Below, in pieces: positions 59,633 through 64,000 of a stretch of 64,000 nucleotides of DNA. Source of the stretch: a virus; the IMG/VR virus record IMGVR_UViG_3300017719_000007, positions 4,678-68,677 of that record; one strand, written 5' to 3'. The translations under genes were made by a program, and so were the position numbers. How positions within the stretch are numbered: the first letter of the stretch is position 1; each line of letters begins with the position of its first letter. The notes under the pieces were generated by a model. That model was not told where the DNA came from, did not search any database, and was given only the letters and a program-made list of their open reading frames with translations.

Positions 59633-60955
59633 TTAACAATTTCTTCCATTCTCATATATGTGTTTCACTACTGGGAACCTTAATGAATATCCACCATTTT
59701 GGTTTTGGCTTTCTTCAAAATATTGAACAGTTACAGTTTTACCTAGAAGTTCATTATGATTGTTAAGGTAATGTTCTCTCTGTTCTTTAGAGAACCCAGA
59801 TCCTACACTTACACGGTTACCTTTATGTTCAATAATAATATTACTTAAACCTTCTTTTTCAACTTGTTTTCCATTTTCTGTCCATCTCATTGTACCGTTC
59901 ATACATTCTAGGATTGTATATTCAGCATCATGGAATTTTTTAACCTTTAAAAGATTATGGCTTCTTTTACCTTCATAGCCAATATTCTTTCTAACCATGA
60001 TTCCTTCAAACCCAGCCTCTTCGGCTTCTTTTGCCATTTCAGTAAATTGCTCCTCGGTAGTTAATTGTTCTTGTGGTAAGAATTCTAACATAGAAGAGTT
60101 AATGTTTTCTGGAAGAATATCATATCCATTCTTAAGTCTCTCGGTAAGAGGTGTAGTTCCAACCTTATCATCAAATTCGTCTAAGGTTAAAAAATCAAAT
60201 ACAAAGAATTTAGGATTTTCAATTTGATGGTCCTTCTTTCTGATTTGTTTCATAATTCCTTGGAAGTCTTCATTACCATCTTTATCTACCATACAGATTT
60301 CTCCATCTAAAATAAAGTCTCCACCTATCTTAGAAATTTCATTTTCTAAATTACCTAAGGTTGTAAATTCTTTACCGTTTCTTGAAAAGAATGTTACAGT
60401 ATTCATTTCCTTTCTACAGATACATCTTACACCATCCAATTTTCTGGATCCGTACCATTCTCCACTTTGAAAATCCACTCTCTTAGGATTATATGCATTT
60501 GCTAAAGCGACCTTAAAGGTTGGAATTAAATCTGGGTGGATTGCCTTATTAATAGAAGTAGTACCACATCCCATATTAAGGTCTCGGTTTAGCATATAGT
60601 AAATAATATCTTCCCATTGTTTATTCTCTAGGACGAATCTATTTACATTTGCAATTGCAGTATGACCGGTACATACCCTATTTCTTAAATCATCCAACAA
60701 GGTAAAGATACTACCGTATGTATTTGGGTGACCTAGTAAATCTGAATTCTTTTTGCAATTCTTAGGAGTTACATTATATTTAAAATAAGGATTGTAAGTA
60801 TAGAAGAAAACTTTTTGGAGAAATTCTCTATCAGAATTTTCGTCAGAGTTATCGGCATACTTTTTAAGAGTTGCAATTTTGTGATTTCCTGAAGAGGAAG
60901 AACGCATTTCATCCAAGAAGGATTGTAGATAAGTAAGGTTTGTGTATTCAGTCAT
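59633..60955 (-). CDS. ATP-dependent DNA ligase, T4 gp30-like
   Basis: RKLDGVRC, FSRNGK, LDGEI, FVFD, FEGIMVR, KRSHNLLKVK, VGSGF, SLRFP. Confidence 0.95.
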   Translation of the reverse strand: MTEYTNLTYLQSFLDEMRSSSSGNHKIATLKKYADNSDENSDREFLQKVFFYTYNPYFKYNVTPKNCKKNSDLLGHPNTYGSIFTLLDDLRNRVCTGHTAIANVNRFVLENKQWEDIIYYMLNRDLNMGCGTTSINKAIHPDLIPTFKVALANAYNPKRVDFQSGEWYGSRKLDGVRCICRKEMNTVTFFSRNGKEFTTLGNLENEISKIGGDFILDGEICMVDKDGNEDFQGIMKQIRKKDHQIENPKFFVFDFLTLDEFDDKVGTTPLTERLKNGYDILPENINSSMLEFLPQEQLTTEEQFTEMAKEAEEAGFEGIMVRKNIGYEGKRSHNLLKVKKFHDAEYTILECMNGTMRWTENGKQVEKEGLSNIIIEHKGNRVSVGSGFSKEQREHYLNNHNELLGKTVTVQYFEESQNQNGGYSLRFPVVKHIYENGRNC

Positions 60956-60969
60956 ATTCCGTTTATTTA

Positions 60970-61025
60970 ATTATATTATAAATATAATAAAAAAAATTGG
61001 GAATTGAAAATTTTTCTAGGACTTT
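60970..61025 (-). promoter_or_regulatory. Putative early promoter resembling the Bacteroidota -7 element
   Basis: Minus strand ...aattttcaattcccaattttttttatTATATTTAtaat upstream of the ligase; one mismatch to TAnnTTTG. Confidence 0.4.
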
Positions 61026-61038
61026 TTTCTAAAAGTTA

Positions 61039-61293
61039 TTAACAATTTTTTATTTGGTCCTGTATCTTTTTAAGCTTTGCGCATTTTTCAAAATCTTCTT
61101 TGTTTTCAAAATGTAGTAAAATTCTATCCAAGCTTTTAATTTTATGTTTGGCAGTTTTTTCATCATACTGAAGTACCTGGTCAGGAAACATCATTATGGT
61201 ATTATAACATAGGTTCATATATTGATCCCAACTAGTATTTTCTAATTGGTCTAATAGTGACCTCATAAATTCATCGTTATCAAACTCTTCCAT
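61039..61293 (-). CDS. Hypothetical protein with UVR-like C-terminal motif
   Basis: EDFEKCAKLK motif. Confidence 0.65.
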   Translation of the reverse strand: MEEFDNDEFMRSLLDQLENTSWDQYMNLCYNTIMMFPDQVLQYDEKTAKHKIKSLDRILLHFENKEDFEKCAKLKKIQDQIKNC

Positions 61294-62116
61294 CTAAGTC
61301 TTTTACTTTTTTAATTAATTTTTCTTGCTCCTCAGTTAAGGCCTTAGGCAAATCTACAAATATGTTTATATAAAAATCACCATGCAAGTCAGGATTGTTG
61401 TATGAAGGAAACCCTTTTCCTTTTATTCTTAGCATAGTACCATTCCTTACACACTTAGGAATAGTATAAGTAATCTTTTTGTCAAAAACATCTATTGTTC
61501 CTTTACCTCCTAATAGAGCTTCATACATATCAATATGTCTTATTGTATGTAAACCTTTTTTGTCCAAATAAAAATTAGGGTCATCTTGTATTAGAATGGT
61601 TAAAATAAGATCTCCGTTTTGTTCTTCTGTCATCCCACGCTGACCTAAACCTTTCAGCCTCATTCGCTGTCCATTTTTTACACCAGGTCTAATGTCAACA
61701 TTAATGGTTCGTGTGCCTAACCTAATTTCCTTAACACAACCATAATAAGCATCATATAAGGTAATGTAAATTTTAGAATCTACGTTACCACCTCTTGTAC
61801 TAAAACCATGATGACCTCTGAATCCACCACCAAACCCTGGATTATTATAACCACCTGTCCTTATGAAGTCTTCAAAAAATGAATCGTCAAATGGCCCACT
61901 TCCAAATGGATTGCTTGCTCTTTGATCATACTGGGCTTTCTTTTTAGGATCACTAAGAGTTTCATACGCGTCTGCTATTTCTTTAAATCTCTCTTCATTA
62001 CCAGATGATTTATCTGGGTGATATTCTTTAGCTAACTTTCTGTATGCTTTCTTTACTTCGGCTTCTGTAGCATTTTTGTTTACGCCTAGTGATTGATATG
62101 GATCTTTCATTTCCAA
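61280..62116 (-). CDS. dnaJ: DnaJ/CbpA-type co-chaperone (class B, no zinc finger)
   Basis: J domain with HPD, G/F-rich linker, DnaJ_C repeats (RLKGLG, GDLIL, LRIKGKG). Confidence 0.92.
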   Translation of the reverse strand: MEMKDPYQSLGVNKNATEAEVKKAYRKLAKEYHPDKSSGNEERFKEIADAYETLSDPKKKAQYDQRASNPFGSGPFDDSFFEDFIRTGGYNNPGFGGGFRGHHGFSTRGGNVDSKIYITLYDAYYGCVKEIRLGTRTINVDIRPGVKNGQRMRLKGLGQRGMTEEQNGDLILTILIQDDPNFYLDKKGLHTIRHIDMYEALLGGKGTIDVFDKKITYTIPKCVRNGTMLRIKGKGFPSYNNPDLHGDFYINIFVDLPKALTEEQEKLIKKVKDLDGRV

Positions 62117-62451
62117 AATAACTGTATGCCTATAAGGCTACACGCCAAGCATAAGGATACTATTGTTTTTGTGGTAATACCTTCACCAAGAAAATACCAA
62201 GTTAAAAATGTAAAAGAAATAATACCTGACCCAAATGCAATAAATCTACCAGGCCATAAAAGACCATCATAATACTCAACTATAAACCGAGTACCATAAA
62301 TTAGTACATAACTTATACTGGTTCCAAATAAAATTGATACGGTTAAAGGGTTCTTTTTAAACCAAGGCCATACAAATTGACCATTTGTTTGAAACCATAT
62401 TGCCGACTGTCCTAAAAAGAACAATAAAAATGCTAGGATTAATTTATTCAT
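62107..62451 (-). CDS. Small four-TM membrane protein, DMT/SMR-like
   Basis: Four hydrophobic segments; FLGEGITTKTIVSLCLA resembles DMT-family helix 4. Confidence 0.6.
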   Translation of the reverse strand: MNKLILAFLLFFLGQSAIWFQTNGQFVWPWFKKNPLTVSILFGTSISYVLIYGTRFIVEYYDGLLWPGRFIAFGSGIISFTFLTWYFLGEGITTKTIVSLCLACSLIGIQLFWK

Positions 62452-62713
62452 TTGTATAATATTTATATCCCATTCTTACCATGTGGTCCATGTGGGATTC
62501 CATTTGTTTTGCAGTTATCCATACAGAAGGCTCAGGTGAAACGATACCATCTTCTCTTTTATCAAATGCTTTATTTAAAAACCACTTTTCTTTTTTACTC
62601 TCCCACCAAAACCAAACCTTTTGCCATGATCTCGGTTTTTTCATATAAACCTTATTACCTTTATCCATGTGAGCTATGAATTGCTTATAGGTAACATCTT
62701 TATCCTTTTTCAT
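62444..62713 (-). CDS. Hypothetical protein
   Basis: 89-aa Trp/Lys-rich ORF in an overlapping operon. Confidence 0.65.
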   Translation of the reverse strand: MKKDKDVTYKQFIAHMDKGNKVYMKKPRSWQKVWFWWESKKEKWFLNKAFDKREDGIVSPEPSVWITAKQMESHMDHMVRMGYKYYTNE

Positions 62714-62885
62714 TAATGTCTTTAATTTGAAGCTTCTTTATCTTTTCATCTAAACGAAACTTCTTTTCTTCTATCTTATTTGATAATTCCATTTGATTTG
62801 CAATTCTTTCAAGGACACTTGTTAATTTAGGGATATCACTTTCATAATATTTACGACCCATGCTAGTTCTAAAAAATTCTGACAT
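62700..62885 (-). CDS. Hypothetical protein
   Basis: 61-aa ORF, first gene after the divergent promoter region. Confidence 0.65.
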   Translation of the reverse strand: MSEFFRTSMGRKYYESDIPKLTSVLERIANQMELSNKIEEKKFRLDEKIKKLQIKDINEKG

Positions 62886-62956
62886 AATAAGTTGTTTATT
62901 TTTATATACAAAAATAAGACTTAGTTTTATGAATATATAATCAAAATAACTACATT
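62886..62956. promoter_or_regulatory. Divergent promoter region at the strand switch
   Basis: Minus: AAAACTAAGT-N10-TATATA; plus: GAATATATA at 62931-62939. Confidence 0.65.
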
Positions 62957-63460
62957 ATGAAAAAGGTACCTTTATTTGAAGATTTTATCCCTGTAGGTTT
63001 TGCCACAGATAATGCTGCTCAATTTTCCTTAGGAGGAGTTAGCAACACTGAGACTGGATATAACATGGATGCTATCGTTGGTCCAGTTGAACAATGCTCA
63101 AACCATGTAGCAGAACAGGCTAACAGTTACGAAACAAATGACAATGCTGAACATACAGCAGAAGCATATATTAAAGAAGCAAAGAAACATATTAATGATA
63201 AGATAGATGAAGCATGCGAAAACTATTCTGCTATGGATGAATCTACTCTTAATGAAGGAACCGATATTAGTTCATGGAACCAAGCAGGAATTAAAGGTGA
63301 TGCAAATGCGCAGATAACTACCTTCGCTGGTCCTAAGGATATTGAATCTTTTGGTTTAGGTAGAAAATGTATGCAAATAAATATCGGCAGAAATTATGTA
63401 CAGCTAAACCCTGCTGATATTGTAGAACTAAAAGACCTTCTTAAAAACTATAAAGTATAA
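62957..63460 (+). CDS. Putative internal head protein
   Basis: MKKVPLFEDF start; internal LNE site before a compact C-terminal domain. Confidence 0.7.
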   Translation: MKKVPLFEDFIPVGFATDNAAQFSLGGVSNTETGYNMDAIVGPVEQCSNHVAEQANSYETNDNAEHTAEAYIKEAKKHINDKIDEACENYSAMDESTLNEGTDISSWNQAGIKGDANAQITTFAGPKDIESFGLGRKCMQINIGRNYVQLNPADIVELKDLLKNYKV

Positions 63461-63705
63461 TGATACCTAAATTTAATAAATATTTAAATGAAGCATCTGA
63501 TTATGAATTTAAACCTAATGAGGCTGCTGCTAGATTAAAAGCTAGAGAAAAGGAAAATATCCAAAGATATAGAGCTGCTCAAGATAGAGGTGATAATTTT
63601 GCAATTGCTTTATATGAACTAAAAATCAAAATGGATAAAATTGATCTTGAAGGTTTAAAGGTACAAACAGAGATCCATAAGCTTAAACAAAAATTCGGTA
63701 AGTAA
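63460..63705 (+). CDS. Putative internal head protein
   Basis: MIPKFNKYLNE start; TAATG coupling. Confidence 0.7.
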   Translation: MIPKFNKYLNEASDYEFKPNEAAARLKAREKENIQRYRAAQDRGDNFAIALYELKIKMDKIDLEGLKVQTEIHKLKQKFGK

Positions 63706-64000
63706 TGATAGGTAAATTTAAAGAATTCTTAAATGAAAAAAACTTTATGGTAGCAACAGCTGATACTGCTGTTAAATATAGACTATCACATATGCCAATG
63801 TCAGGTTATATTGTAGCAATGGCAGCAAGCGGTAAAGAATTAGATAAAGAAATAAAATCAGGATTTTCTAAAACCGTAATTGCTAAAGATATAGAAGATA
63901 TGTTAAATGATCAATTAAAAAAGTATAGACAGTTTATTACTGTAAGTGTTGATAATACTTATAAAGGAGCAGGTTATGCATTTACGATTGACATGGATGA
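63705..64000 (+). CDS. Putative internal head protein, partial (absent from the ORF track)
   Basis: ATG 63705 overlapping TAA; MIGKFKEFLNEKNFMVATADTAVKY... open to the window end. Confidence 0.75.
   Translation, partial: MIGKFKEFLNEKNFMVATADTAVKYRLSHMPMSGYIVAMAASGKELDKEIKSGFSKTVIAKDIEDMLNDQLKKYRQFITVSVDNTYKGAGYAFTIDMD

Noticed and set aside
59574-59639. N-terminal extension of the HAD ORF given in the track
   Set aside because: A promoter-like motif and an in-frame ATG at 59573 give a more plausible start.
4160-62679. Numerous 60-120 aa plus-strand ORFs opposite long minus-strand genes
   Set aside because: Antisense shadows with no motifs of their own.
1-64000. Stop-codon reassignment (TAG stops are rare)
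   Set aside because: Conserved genes are full length in code 11 with dense tiling; TGA and at least one TAG (52477) end genes plausibly.
1-64000. tRNA, rRNA, introns, inteins, homing endonucleases, integrases
   Set aside because: Intergenic gaps are short with no cloverleaf or T-loop seen; helicase, primase and ligase are of normal length; a covariance-model scan would be needed to exclude small RNAs.

Overview
AT-rich, densely coding 64 kb segment of a T4-like jumbo myovirus in the standard genetic code; several indirect clues point to a Bacteroidota host. Nearly all genes are on the minus strand until a divergent switch at about 62.9 kb. In window order: two paralogous fibre-like proteins (one collagenous and cut by the window edge); a block of putative head-packaged proteins (HIGH-family nucleotidyltransferase, two ligase-fold proteins, an acidic repeat protein); a replication/recombination block (UvsW, UvsY-like, primase, gp32-like SSB, GroES, RuvC-like); a long tail/baseplate/neck block (gp3-, gp7-, gp6-, gp25-, gp13-, gp5-, gp27-, gp53-like) that contains a four-domain ribosomal protein S1 homolog and an amidoligase; a 1386-aa modular collagen fibre; dCMP deaminase, HAD hydrolase, ATP-dependent DNA ligase, DnaJ; then small plus-strand putative head proteins. 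The best candidate for an undescribed system is the ligase-fold plus nucleotidyltransferase cassette at 4.2-10.3 kb, whose proteins carry T4-type capsid-targeting and protease-cleavage motifs and which hides an antisense Tyr-rich micro-ORF or structured RNA. All family calls come from motif recognition by eye; no searches were run.
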